Positions 52,721 through 63,755 of a DNA stretch of 64,000 bases are shown one piece after another; position 1 is the first letter of the stretch; each line of letters begins with the position of its first letter. Both the position numbers and the translations under genes were made by a program. The DNA lies in NCBI RefSeq assembly GCF_036321535.1, contig NC_087436.1, positions 36,458,001 to 36,522,000 of the forward strand. Direction: 5' to 3'. The notes under the pieces were generated by a model. That model did not search any database. It was not told where the DNA came from and was given only the letters and a program-made list of their open reading frames with translations. Source of the stretch: Camelus dromedarius. Lineage: Eukaryota.

Positions 52721-55700
52721 GAAATAATTCTTCCATCCCCAAAGGTTATGAGCATCATTAAAATTTACCGCATGGAAGAAGAGCACACACAAACGAGACT
52801 TAACTGTGATCCACAGACAGATTTACAGAAGTGTTAAAACATTATGGAAGACCACCGGTCTAATAAAGACAAAGAATGAGACTATGCCTGAGGAAATCTG
52901 TATTTTTTACAGGAAACACAGCGCTCCTAGCTAAATTCTCTCTAGGTGATATGGAGATTATCAACAATATGTCTTAACTGCAAAGGAAAAGAACTGTATC
53001 TTGAAAAGTCAAGAGGCCTTTAGAGAAACTGAAAAGAGACACATTAATACATGCATCAAGCTCCAGACCAAATTAAAGTTTTACAACTTTAATTGCAAAA
53101 GAAGTTCAGAAAGAAGAAATTTTGCAGGAGGAGGAATCCTTGAAAGTCAGCTTTGATGGATGGACAATTACGCAACTGACTGACCACCCTCTTCAGGAGG
53201 CACCTTCAGGGCCTGGGGCTTCCCTTTTTAAAGGACTTGGGTTACTCCTGAGTCTAAGATGCTGACAATGTTAAGCAACTAAAATAGCTTCTTAATGAAT
53301 ACTAAAATTTTATTTTCAAAGGGGAAGTATGGGGTGTGACACATGTGGCAGTAAGCAGCCTACTACTGACTCTATCAGCACTGTACTAGAGATGCCAGCT
53401 GGTGCATCAGACACATTAAAAAGTGAAAGTTTGCCACAGCATATGGCAGCTTTCTCCCCAAGCACTTCGTGAAATGATCGGGCCAACTTCTGTAATGATG
53501 CCTTTATGCAATAATGAGGATAAGCCAGGGGCCTAGGAATTCAGTTTTCTACAGGGTCCCGTCAATGTAGCCATATACTGACCCATTCTCTAATGGAAAT
53601 AGCTGGAGAAATATAAATATCTAGACTATGAGAACATCAAAGGCCTCATTGGAAAAGCCCCCACACAGAAAAATGTGTGGGCGTGAATTCTTCCATTCTG
53701 GAAGGGTAAAGGCCTAAGTTGATGATGCTGGGATGAGACACTGAAGTCTTTAGAGAAGTGAAACAAGTATCATAAAGTTGACACACATTACCAAATAGCC
53801 TTTCCCTTAGACCCAATGCTAAATTTGTGGTTTTGATTTGAAAGGTACAGAGAGACATTTTGCATTTTTTTAGTAATAAAAAGATTATGATTATTTGTCT
53901 CTAACCTGTCTCTCATCTTTTCTAAAGAAAAAACTATTTGCCTCTAATCTCCATTTTTTTTTCCACTTAACTGTAACGCTTATTTTTAAATTTTAGGGAG
54001 ATGTTTCATATTCTTCAGAATATTGCCTAATGCATAGAGTATTGAACCATTTTTTCTGTTCTTTTTAAGTACAATTAAGTGTTCCTTAGAATGCGTAACC
54101 TTTCTTGCCTACCCACTCTCCTAATTCTGAATTTATATATCTACATTTTAACCATGTTGTCAAAATTCAGTTTAAAGTCATGTTTCTTCTTTAAAATTCT
54201 TTATGTCCACCTTTCTTGAGGCAGTAATCACCTTTTACCTGGGATTACAGTTGTCTATATGTCTTCTCTATTACGTACGAGGTTCTTTGAGAAAGAATAC
54301 AAATGATGAGAGTGTGGGCTTTGGCGTCAGAATATTCTGGTTTCAAATCTTTTTTGTGCCCTAAACTGGCATTAAGGGATAAATAACCTAGAAAAAAAAT
54401 ACTTAACTCCTCTGAGCTTTAGTTTTTCTAATCTATAAAATGATACCATCACTTCACAGATAAGGCTTAAACTAGACTGTGTGTCTGTAAATTATCCTTT
54501 TTTCCCTATATACCTGACAGCATCATAGGTGATAGATAAGTATGTTTAAAAGAACAGACAAGAAATGAATAAGGTAGTAAAAACAGAGAAGTTACTAGAA
54601 ATCTCCTTGAGAAAGGATTTCCTCAACTCTCCCAAGTTTAAAGTAGAAGTATATAACTATACCGTCATTCAAGTAGTTAGTGCATTATACTGATTATACT
54701 GATTGTACTATACATTAGTATCTGACCTGATCTAATAACTGAAAAATACTGATCTGATGTTATTTCATAACAATTATTTTTATACTCACAGTGTCTCAGG
54801 TGCTTTAGAGGCTAAATCTAAATCTATTAAACAATGAAAATGTAACAACTAGAAACTTAAAGATTGGTTTATTTATAAATGGCTATAAACCACATAAAGT
54901 CTATTACAAAACTAACATCAGTACCCTTGGATGTAAACCATTTTCTGAGTATCTGTCACAAGTTTTTTTTGTAGTACTTTATTCGTTTTTCCATAAAGGT
55001 GCTCCAAGAGTTGTAACAGATCCCCCTCTCAGTAACTTCTGCTGATTTGAGTTCTGGCCTCTGTATTGTAAGAGCCCAAATACCCCTTCTCTGAGGACTG
55101 CTCTCACTCCACAAGACACACACACACACATATGCGTCCCATGGCTCACCATGGGCTCCTGGACTGTTTGTTACCTTGCCTTTCTCATCCCCAGCCACAC
55201 TAATTAGTCCAGTATTGGTACATTTCAAGCTGGCCATATTATCTTTCTCCTAAAGAATGTATGTATAGTATCCAGAAATTCCAGTTAGTAAGTTTCCTAT
55301 TAACAAGTAAACGTGGGAATCCCTATTGCTATGCTCATTTTCTGCCTTACCTTTAAAAAAAATATAAGGAATCTGTTTAATAAAGAGAGAGAAAGAAATG
55401 AAATGGCCATGAAGTGGGGGAAGATCTAAATGGCTCAGGTGGCCCCTGAGAGACTGAGAGGAAGAAACAGCATCTTTGGTTCTGGCAACATTCCAACTCT
55501 TGTTATATCCCCTGGATGCCCAGCAAAAACAATAAAGGAGCAAAACTAAATTTGTCCTCAAAAAAAAAGGGACCAAAAAAAAAAAAATCCTAGCATTAGT
55601 AGCACCCTCATATGCAAATCCTTTTCTGAGTATTTGTTAAACACCAAACCCTAGGCGGAAAAAAGTACAACAGACACTAAGGGATTTAATAAATAGATAC

Positions 55701-55866
55701 AAGAAACATATTAAAATTAAAACAGCATAAAACAGTGCCTCAAGCTCAGTGAGCATTTTATGTATTCTAATCTTAATACCTCTCTAGCTGATTGTGTAAG
55801 AAGTAATCTATCACGTTGTATGCATTAGCTCAGTCATTGTGGAGATAAAAAGGTAAAGCCATCCTG

Positions 55867-55954
55867 AAACAGGAAACCAATATTCTTCCTGTTTAACCAA
55901 CAAATCTAAAAATCTATTCTTTGCAACTATTTACTTTTGCTCTTGTCCACCACA
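55867..55954. promoter_or_regulatory. Upstream IL2 element: palindromic ETS (GABP-type) dyad plus RUNX site
   Basis: Perfect 9-bp inverted repeat AAACAGGAA (55867-55875) / TTCCTGTTT (55886-55894) with a 10-nt spacer containing CCAAT; ACCACA at 55949-55954. Position (~ -465 to -380) matches the known distal ETS/GABP and RUNX elements of IL2. Confidence 0.75.
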
Positions 55955-56019
55955 ACATGGTGCTCCACATGTTCCCCATAGTTTTATGACAAAGAGAAAT
56001 TTTTCATGAACCACTTTTG

Positions 56020-56340
56020 TATCCCCACCCCCTTAAAGAAAGAGGGAGGAAAAACTGTTTCATACAGAAGGCGTTAGCTGTATGAATTAGAACTGCCACC
56101 TAAGTGTGGGCTAATGTAACCAAGAGGGATTTCACCTACATCCATTCAGTCAGTTTATGGGGGTTTAAAGAAATTCCAAAGAGTCATCAGAAGAGGAAAA
56201 ATAAAGGTAATGCTTTTTGCCACACAGGTAGAATCTTTGAAAATATGTGTAATATGTAAAACATTTTGACACCCCCATAATATTTTTCCAGAATTAACAG
56301 TATAAATTACTTCACTTGTTCAAGAGCTTCCTATCAGCCT
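56020..56340 (+). promoter_or_regulatory. IL2: IL2 proximal promoter/enhancer (~300 bp antigen-receptor response region)
   Basis: Elements in the established order: Sp1/Egr box CCCCACCCCC 56023-56032; distal NFAT/AP-1 (ARRE-2) GGAGGAAAAACTGTTTCATACAGAAGGCGT 56045-56074; kB site GGGATTTCAC 56126-56135; CD28RE AAAGAAATTCC 56167-56177 plus AP-1 AGAGTCA 56180-56186; NFAT GAGGAAAAA 56193-56201; CAGGTA (NRE-A/ZEB-type) 56225-56230; ARRE-1 Oct/OAP region ~56238-56266; NFAT TTTTTCCA 56283-56290; TATAAA 56301-56306. TSS inferred near 56333. Confidence 0.95.
56301..56306 (+). promoter_or_regulatory. TATA box of IL2
   Basis: TATAAA 79 nt upstream of the ATG, in the conserved context GAATTAACAGTATAAATT. 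Confidence 0.93.
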
Positions 56341-56379
56341 CTCTAATCACTACTCACAGTAACCTCAACTGCTGCCACA

Positions 56380-56526
56380 ATGTACAAGCTGCAATTCTTG
56401 TCTTGCATTGCACTAACTCTTGCACTCGTAGCAAACAGTGCACCTACTTTGAGCTCTACGAAGGACACAAAGAAACAACTGGAGCCACTGTTGCTGGATT
56501 TACAGTTTCTTTTGAAGGAAGTTAAT
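56380..56526 (+). CDS. IL2: IL2 coding exon 1 (49 codons: signal peptide and helix A)
   Basis: ATG at 56380; donor AAT/gtaagt at 56527. The ORF-track entry 56380..56625 is this exon reading on into intron 1. Confidence 0.98.
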
Positions 56527-59500
56527 GTAAGTTTATTCCCTTTCTTACTAAAATTATTAATTTTAATTTTTCTAACTGGAGTTTGTTTTTTAATAACAAT
56601 CTGTTATGCTTTCTCAGAACTATGAGAACCTCAAACTCTCCAGGATGCTCACATTTAAATTTTACATGCCCAAGAAGGTAAGTGCAACTTTCAACATTCA
56701 ATTTACATTTTAATAAAATTGAAAGTAATATGAAAATCTGCACATTGACTGGAGAAGAATTAGTAACTTCAGTTACTAATGGGGCTTCTGCAAATGGCTT
56801 TGCTAATATTTTTTTAATATGTACTTGTGTGTGTTTTGGGGTAGAGGGAGTGGGACAGTTTTTAAAAAGATTGTGTTGACCTACTATTTTATTTAAAAAT
56901 GTAAAACTCAAGAGATATTCAATTATATTGCTTTACCATCCAAATTAGCAAAATTGATTTCAGAAGCCCACTTTAAAAAATTCTTTACTGTTTTAGGAGA
57001 TTCCTAAGGATTTATCTTTGAGAGGTTGCATAGCAGTAATCAATAGCACAGATTCTAGGGCCATATTATTTGAACTGAAATCTCAGCTCTGCCATGTCCT
57101 AGCTTTTGTGATCTTGGGCAAGTTACCTATTCTTTTTGTGACTCAGTTTCTTATCTACTTATGTAAATGATAATTATATATACTTCATGCAGTTTTGTGA
57201 GGTTTAATGAGTACATGTAAAGTACTCAGAACAGCATCTGGCATATGGTAAATACCATATAAGCATTAGCTATTAGTAATAGTAAAGACAAAATTCCTCC
57301 TGGAGAGTATAAATTACAGTTTGGACTTAGACATCTTTTCTGTCAATAGACCTAAAGACTTCTGATGCTATGTGGCTTATTTTCCAAGACTAAAAGCTTC
57401 ATTTGGTCATTTGGGGATTCAGATAGTTAGATAAGCATCATCCAAGCTCCTAGAGCTACACTTGGAGTGTAAAGTTTCCTAGTAGTCATGCCAGTCAGTA
57501 AATAATGGGCAAAACTTTGGTGCTAGAAAGAGCTTGTCCTAGGGTGAATGGCCCAGAAAAAAGTGGGATTTAAGGATCATAGATGCAATCTCACTGATCC
57601 ACCTCTCATAAATTTAAGGAAATTATGCTTCAAACGGCCCTTCTGAAAGATGAAAAGGAAGTAACTTAAGAGATGCTCCCTAGCTTCATCAGAGTCACAT
57701 GTTATCTCCAGCAACATAGACACTACACTGTTTCTTGAGGGAAATAGCTCCAAGTTGTTCATGCCAAAAACTTAAGCCCTGAACTTGCAGAACTTGTAGT
57801 ACTAATGCAAGTTGAAAGGGCATTAGATGGAAATGTCATAAGATGTATGTGGTGTAGTCCTACCTCTCCCTCTAAAAACTATTAGAAAGATAACATGAGA
57901 ATATGTGCATAATTTAGAGGGTGTTGGAATTCTCTGAAATCTAAGTTTCCAAATGACAATGCAAAATCTGTTTGAAACCAAAAGTAATGTGATAAACTCC
58001 ATTCATTTGTTCATTTTACAACCATTCCGTGGTTGCAAAATAATTTAGAGAGCTATAAAAACATTTAAGTGAAAGGTTGTGATGTTAATACTATAAAGAA
58101 CTGAAATTTAATCCAGGCTCCACCTAGTCATGTGGCCTTGGGGAAGACACTTAAATTCTGAGATTTAGTTTCCTTATTTGTAAAATGGAGATAACACACT
58201 GGATTACCTATCTCAAAAGGTGGCTCCTAGACTTAAATGGGCTTATTTAGGACATTAAAATGTACCACGAACTATGAAATATTAGTATTTTACATATATG
58301 AGTGTGTATGTTTGTGACTAAATCAGAAGGTCCATCTAAAAATCTTACAAATATTGTAAGCTTTTATTTGATTTGGCAAATAATTTTTTAAAATGTACCT
58401 TCTTGTACTTATTATAGAAAAGTAAAAAATTTAAATCCAGTTATATGTGACTTGCTATATTGAGTCATTACTAACCAGTTATAATTACCTAACTTATAAA
58501 ATGTCAGGATTGTGACAGATGGCATCCAAGAGCTCCCTCTGTCCCTAAACAGTCTAAGATTCTCAACTCTTAGATTATTAAATATTAGAATCATAGAATG
58601 TGATCCTATACTTCTACATTATGACTACTCTGGTTCTAATAATTTCTATGCAGACTGGAAAAGAATTCAACCTGCACTGGTGATTGGCAATTGGGTGCAG
58701 AAATGCTGACTTTTTGCAAAGTCAAATTAAGCTGAAATTAATGACTCACTATTTGTTAACTAATAGTTAACACTAACCATGGGCAGCTGATCTCTAGTTT
58801 TTCAGTCTTATAATGTAAACCACATTGGTCCATCTTTATAGTAATGCTGAAAATAGGAACAATGGTAAAAACTATATACTGCCACTATTAATAAAATAAA
58901 TTTGAGATTAATTTCTGATTCTGACATTTTGTCAGGGCAGATTGACCTGATAATTATTTTTATTATTATTCAAGGCTACAGAATTGAAACACCTTCAGTG
59001 TCTCATGGAAGAACTCAAACCTTTGGAGGAAGTGCTAAATTTAGCTCAAAGCAAAAACTCTCACCTGACAAATATCAAGGACTCAATGAACAATATCAAT
59101 TTAACGGTTTCGGAACTGAAGGTAAGACATTATTTGCTCTCCTGAAAATAACATAAATGGAAGGGCATTTTAAAGTGGTATAACATTTTTGGTATTGTGA
59201 AGTACTCATGCATTTTAAGTCCACTGTGAACATAAGTCACTTTTATGTTAGATGATAAATTGTGGAGCTTAAAAGTGTAAGCTAGAGGGTTTCCACCTAC
59301 CACCTACTCAGGAACAAGCCCCCATCCCTCAGTCTGTCACCCCTCACATTAACACAAAACTGGGAGTGGGATAAAACACTGAATTGAATTTCACAGGAAG
59401 CAAACAGGTTTCATTACATATTTTTTAATTCCTTCAGCTCATTTTCTAGAATAGCTAATTCTGATTACCTGAAAGGCTTTTCAAATGGGTTTTTCTTATC

Positions 59501-60838
59501 ATTTGGTAGAAGAACTAAGAGAGTTATCTAAAAAAAAAAAAAAAAATGGCAACCAGTAAAATGGCCAATGGACCAGATAATTAACTTTTATTTAGAGGTA
59601 ATACTCACTTTCAGGACCTTAAGTATTTTTAAACGCATAGGAAGCATGAAATATACAAGGAACCCGGGTGATGTAAGAGATTCATGGCTCTCTTTTCTCA
59701 TCCATCTGCCAAAGTACAAAGTTCATGAATTAATAGGGATCCTAAATAAACAGCATAATTTTAATTACAGTAGAACCAAGTTTCTAAAAGTATATAACTG
59801 CTTCCAAATAAGTCTCTTTATTAATAGACTGTTGCTTTCCATTTAATTTAAAAAATACATTGAGATTAGTCATCTTGTCATTGAAAGACTCAATTTATCA
59901 TCCATGCTCTAAAATTCTTGACCAACATCAGAAAAACTCATTCTACATTCTAGATGCAAAATCAGGATAAAATTACATAAAAATCAGAAAGTGTTTCAGA
60001 AGCCAGACACTTAAAAAAAAAAATCTAACCCCTCAAGAGATTATGGTATTTAAATGATTATATGTAAGAGTGTATAAAACACTGCAATAGTTTATTTAAA
60101 GGGAATACTTTATCTCACTTGGTTTATGTTTTCTGGATAGGAATTACTTCAAATGTGAAAAATTCCTCTTTTTTATCTTGCTACATATCAAAATATTTTC
60201 TTCTTAGCTTGTCAACTAGAGGCAGAGTTGAAATAGTCCCTATCAGCAGAGGCGGTGAATTTCTAAAAAGCCAGTCTACAGAATTTCTAGTGTTTAGATC
60301 TTTAAAAGTTGGGAAACTTACCTGCATTGATACTGAAGTGGGGTGGGAGTGGGGATGAGTATTTACGAAAATGTTTTTCATACAAATTTCCTCCCAAACA
60401 AAACCTTATCCTAACTTACTCTGGTTGTTTCTATTTTGCTTTGGGGAAAATATGAGGTTCACTCAAGCAGAAACATAGGAGACTTAAAAAGTTAATAATG
60501 AATAAAGTATAATGAGCTTATCACTACATACATGTAACCTATATATAGATATAAATCAGATATATTTCCAGAGAAAAAGAGGTTTAGCAACTTTAATTTT
60601 GCAAGCAGCATTTAATGAAGTATTTGTCTAAGACTGTTTTTTTGAATTGTACACGATTGAGAATAATTATATATAAGGTAAACTGCCCTGAACTAAAACA
60701 AAATTTCAAATGTTTTCTTTTTTACAGGGATCTGAAACAGGATTCACATGTGAATATGATGATGAGACAGTAACTGTTGTAGAATTTCTGAACAAATGGA
60801 TTACCTTTTGCCAAAGTATCTACTCAACACTGACTTGA
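56380..60838 (+). CDS. IL2: Interleukin-2 precursor, 154 aa, spliced CDS join(56380..56526,56618..56677,58975..59121,60728..60838)
   Basis: Manual splicing gives [154 protein letters not shown]. It has a 20-aa signal peptide, IL-2 hallmark motifs and three Cys in the mature chain. All introns are GT-AG and phase 0, the Kozak context is gccacaATG, and there are no frameshifts. Confidence 0.99.
56618..56677 (+). CDS. IL2: IL2 coding exon 2 (20 codons, [20 protein letters not shown])
   Basis: Acceptor ttctcag/AAC; donor AAG/gtaagt; 60 nt, as in other mammalian IL2 genes. Confidence 0.98.
57025..57285 (+). mobile_element. MIR SINE in IL2 intron 2
   Basis: Near full length: aaatctcagctctgccat...tgtgatcttgggcaagttacct...ctcagtttctt...atgtaaagtactcagaacagcatctggcatatggtaa. 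Confidence 0.85.
58075..58290 (+). mobile_element. MIR SINE in IL2 intron 2
   Basis: tgtggccttggggaagacacttaaattctgagatttagtttccttatttgtaaaatggagataa. Confidence 0.8.
58975..59121 (+). CDS. IL2: IL2 coding exon 3 (49 codons, ATELKHLQC...TVSELK)
   Basis: Acceptor attattcaag/GCT; donor AAG/gtaaga; 147 nt. Confidence 0.97.
60728..60838 (+). CDS. IL2: IL2 coding exon 4 (36 codons plus TGA)
   Basis: Acceptor ttttctttttacag/GGA; reads [12 protein letters not shown]...[13 protein letters not shown]; stop TGA 60836-60838, immediately followed by a second in-frame TGA. Confidence 0.98.
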   Translation, partial: GSETGFTCEYDDETVTVVEFLNKWITFCQSIYSTLT

Positions 60839-60869
60839 TGATTAAGTGCCTCCCATTTTAAATGTTATC

Positions 60870-61045
60870 AGGCTATTTATTCGAGTATTTAAAATTTATA
60901 TTTATTTTTTGATGTATGGTTTTCTATTTTTGTAACTATTATTCTTCCTCCTCAGATGATAAATATGGATCTTTTAAGATTCTTTTTGTAAGCCCTAGGG
61001 GCTCTAAAAATTCATTTAAATTATTTATCCTAAAGTATTTATTTT
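60870..61045 (+). promoter_or_regulatory. IL2 3' UTR AU-rich elements (mRNA instability)
   Basis: ATTTA pentamers at 60875, 60887, 60894, 60900, 61014, 61023 and 61037 in a T-rich context; a cytokine ARE is established for IL2. Confidence 0.85.
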
Positions 61046-61085
61046 TATATTGAACTGTTAAATATCATGTCTATGTAGGTCAGTT

Positions 61086-61117
61086 AATAAAATTATTTAA
61101 TAAAGCTGATGAATAAA
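61086..61117 (+). terminator. IL2 polyadenylation signal cluster (3x AATAAA)
   Basis: AATAAA at 61086-61091, 61099-61104 and 61112-61117; T/GT-rich stretch (atttgttatt) ~61131-61140. Confidence 0.85.
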
Positions 61118-61409
61118 AACAAGCCCAGATATTTGTTATTCTGCGAATAGCACAGAGTAAGCACTAAAATATTTCTGAAATACTCATGTAAACTCTTCAC
61201 AAGATGGTTAAGATGCTTAAAAAATTACCCCTTCCCCATTGGGGAAATGGGCTTCTCAAAGCTTTTGCTTTTTCTCCTTTCATGAATTGATTAGATTCTT
61301 AATTCTAGTCTGAGAGAATCCCATCAAATTATACTAGTTTCCTTCTCCAGGTCATGCTTTAAATAAGATGCCAGAACAAAAACACTCTTGAAACCCTTCA
61401 TATAATTGG

Positions 61410-63755
61410 TGTGTTTCTCCTCCATTCTTCAGAATCTTATACCTTGCTCTCTGCCTTCAGGACACCCACTTGTATAACCTATACCAAAGCTTTCCCCTAC
61501 CCTCTGGCTTTCCATTGGGTCCTGCCACTGGGTGACTCCGGTAGGAGGTCTGAGGGACAGAAGAGATTCCTTTCTCTCTATGGAGTAGCCACTGCATGGC
61601 TGTGCCTCTTGACCAAAGAACCCAGTTTCTCTCAAGGTGGCTCTCTTGAGACTTTTTCCTTCTGGGTTCTGCTAACCTTTCTTTCCACTCCACCCTTTAA
61701 AGATGGTAACACCTGTACTATTACCAGCTCTGGGGTACTGAACTGTCTCTTGCAGTTTTCCTGTACCCTGACCATAGCTTTGTAAATTGTCTCTTTATTA
61801 GGTTCTCCTTAAATTAGTCTGAGTATACCATCAGTTTTGACTCAGACACAGTAATTGTACCTAAGAAATAGATCCTCAAAACAGATTTCTGGGACCAGGT
61901 TTTTCATATATTCAAGGAGCACAACAAAATTAGGACTATGAAAAATCTATAGGATGTAGTAGCATCCTGATTATTCAAGTTATCATCAATGGTAGCATAG
62001 GATAAGGTGCAGATGTAGAGCAAAATGTTATGAAATGACTGTGACATTTAATTGCTTCAGCAATAGTAGTTATAAAAATTGTGATTATCATCTGTATTCT
62101 TTTGATGGCCTAAGATAGAGAACAAAGGGAAAGAATTAAAGTTACAAATATACAATTAAAAACATGCATGGGCAACCAGAAGTCTTCATTGGTAGTTCTG
62201 AAGCAGTTCCTTATCTCTTGTAGTCATAGAACATATATGGCAAAGGAAAAATCCAAGAGTCTGATGTAAGTCTGCAAAGATGTAGTACCAATTAAAAGCT
62301 TTAGCTTTCCAGGTCTCTCATACTAAGGGTGGGGAAGGAGTGGGGCTCTGCGATATGGGATGTGGATATTCTGCCAGACATGGAGGCTGAGAACCTTGAA
62401 CATTTGTCTTTCCTGTTGACAGACAACTTCTTTTCTTTAACAGTATCCCTTCTGAGGAAAAATCACACCTTTACTCAAAAACCTTCCAATGGCTCACAAA
62501 CTGAGGATATTTTTCCTCAGAATGCACCTCTATTATCTTTCACAGCCTCCATGCCTAACATGGGAGTTAAGATCTCAACATCGCTGTGCTAAACCAGCAG
62601 CCAATATATGGTACAGTCTTCCCCATAGCCCATCAAGAAGTATAAACAAAAGCATTCCATCTTATTATTATTATACTAAATGACTTACTTGAAAAAAAAT
62701 TTTAACCTCCCACCAATGAAACATTAGCTTGGTCAATTTTAAGGTCCTAGTGCCCAATGAGGCATGTTCCTACCAGGAACATTGACTTCTACCAGAAAAC
62801 TGATTAAATGGAAGCTGAGACACCTTTTGGGCATGTGGGGGCTTTTCATGCAGCTGAACCAACAGGTATATAAAAGACTATTGTAGTGGCAGAGTTAACT
62901 GATTTTGATGACAAAGGGAAACTGAGATCCTGCTATAGAACAGAGGCAACTGCTACACAATTGGTAACACCATACTTGGAACCTGGGAAATTCAGCAGGA
63001 CATCTCTTAGCTCTCTCCACTTGTATTGATCAATGGAAAACTGCATCAATTCTCAAAGTGTTAAGAATCCCAAAAACTCAGATACCACAAAATTGAGATC
63101 AGGAGTCTGCCACCAGGCAAAGAATTCCACCCAGCCAAAGTAATGGCAAATGATAAAGGGGAATGTGCAAAGAATACTGAAATAAGGCAGTTATGAGCAC
63201 CAACTTTCATGACTATGAACTTTCATGACTACCAACTTTCTTGGCAATTGAACAGACCCAAGTAGTTATATATATTCTTGTTCCCACTATGTCAAATGGG
63301 ACTTCACACAGTCTTACTTTATGTGAAAAATACTGGTGGTGTGCCTAACGTTTTAAGTTTCAGGAAACTATTGCTCAACTGACATTACCTCACAATGATA
63401 CCAAAATTCCTTGCTTGGGATACAAACTTTTCTCCCAAATGAAGAAAGAGAGGACATGTTAAGGAACAAAGAGGTGAACTGTGCTAGATATCTTTTATTT
63501 TCCCCTTGACAACCTGACATCCTTTTCCACCCTGTTAAGCTGATTTATATGAATGAACAACATTAATGTGCTTCCTGCCTTCCAGTTTGGTCAAATCCCT
63601 GGTAAGAGCTGGATGAAGTATCCGGCCACAGAATGGCTGCATCACTTGACCAAAGGTCATACTCCTCTCAAAGTAGCCCCTTTCTTTATGATCCTGACCT
63701 TCAAGTTTCTAGTAATCTCCTTCCTTCAACCCTATGAGTGGTAACAGTTCCTCTG
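61410..63755 (+). mobile_element. Ancient ERV-L provirus remnant: LTR33-like 5' LTR (61410-61850), internal region, 3' LTR (from 63480)
   Basis: Both LTRs share motifs (tggctg....cttgaccaaag, tctcaa.gt.gc.c, ggtaaca). PBS-like gtaattgtacc follows the first LTR and purine-rich aaagaggtgaac precedes the second. Internal ccttatctcttgtag and aaggagtggggctctgcgatatgggatg resemble the ERV-L gag at ~12000-12180 in this window. Confidence 0.7.

Noticed and set aside
1..55000. IL21 or lncRNA exons upstream of IL2
   Set aside because: No IL21-like coding exons found by eye. IL21 is expected further upstream by synteny, and lncRNA exons cannot be supported without transcript data.
56522..56911. 129-aa antisense ORF over IL2 exon 2 and introns
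   Set aside because: Non-ATG start, no recognisable homology, length compatible with chance.
58902..59156. 84-aa ORF overlapping exon 3
   Set aside because: Alternative frame across IL2 exon 3; the IL-2 frame explains the region.
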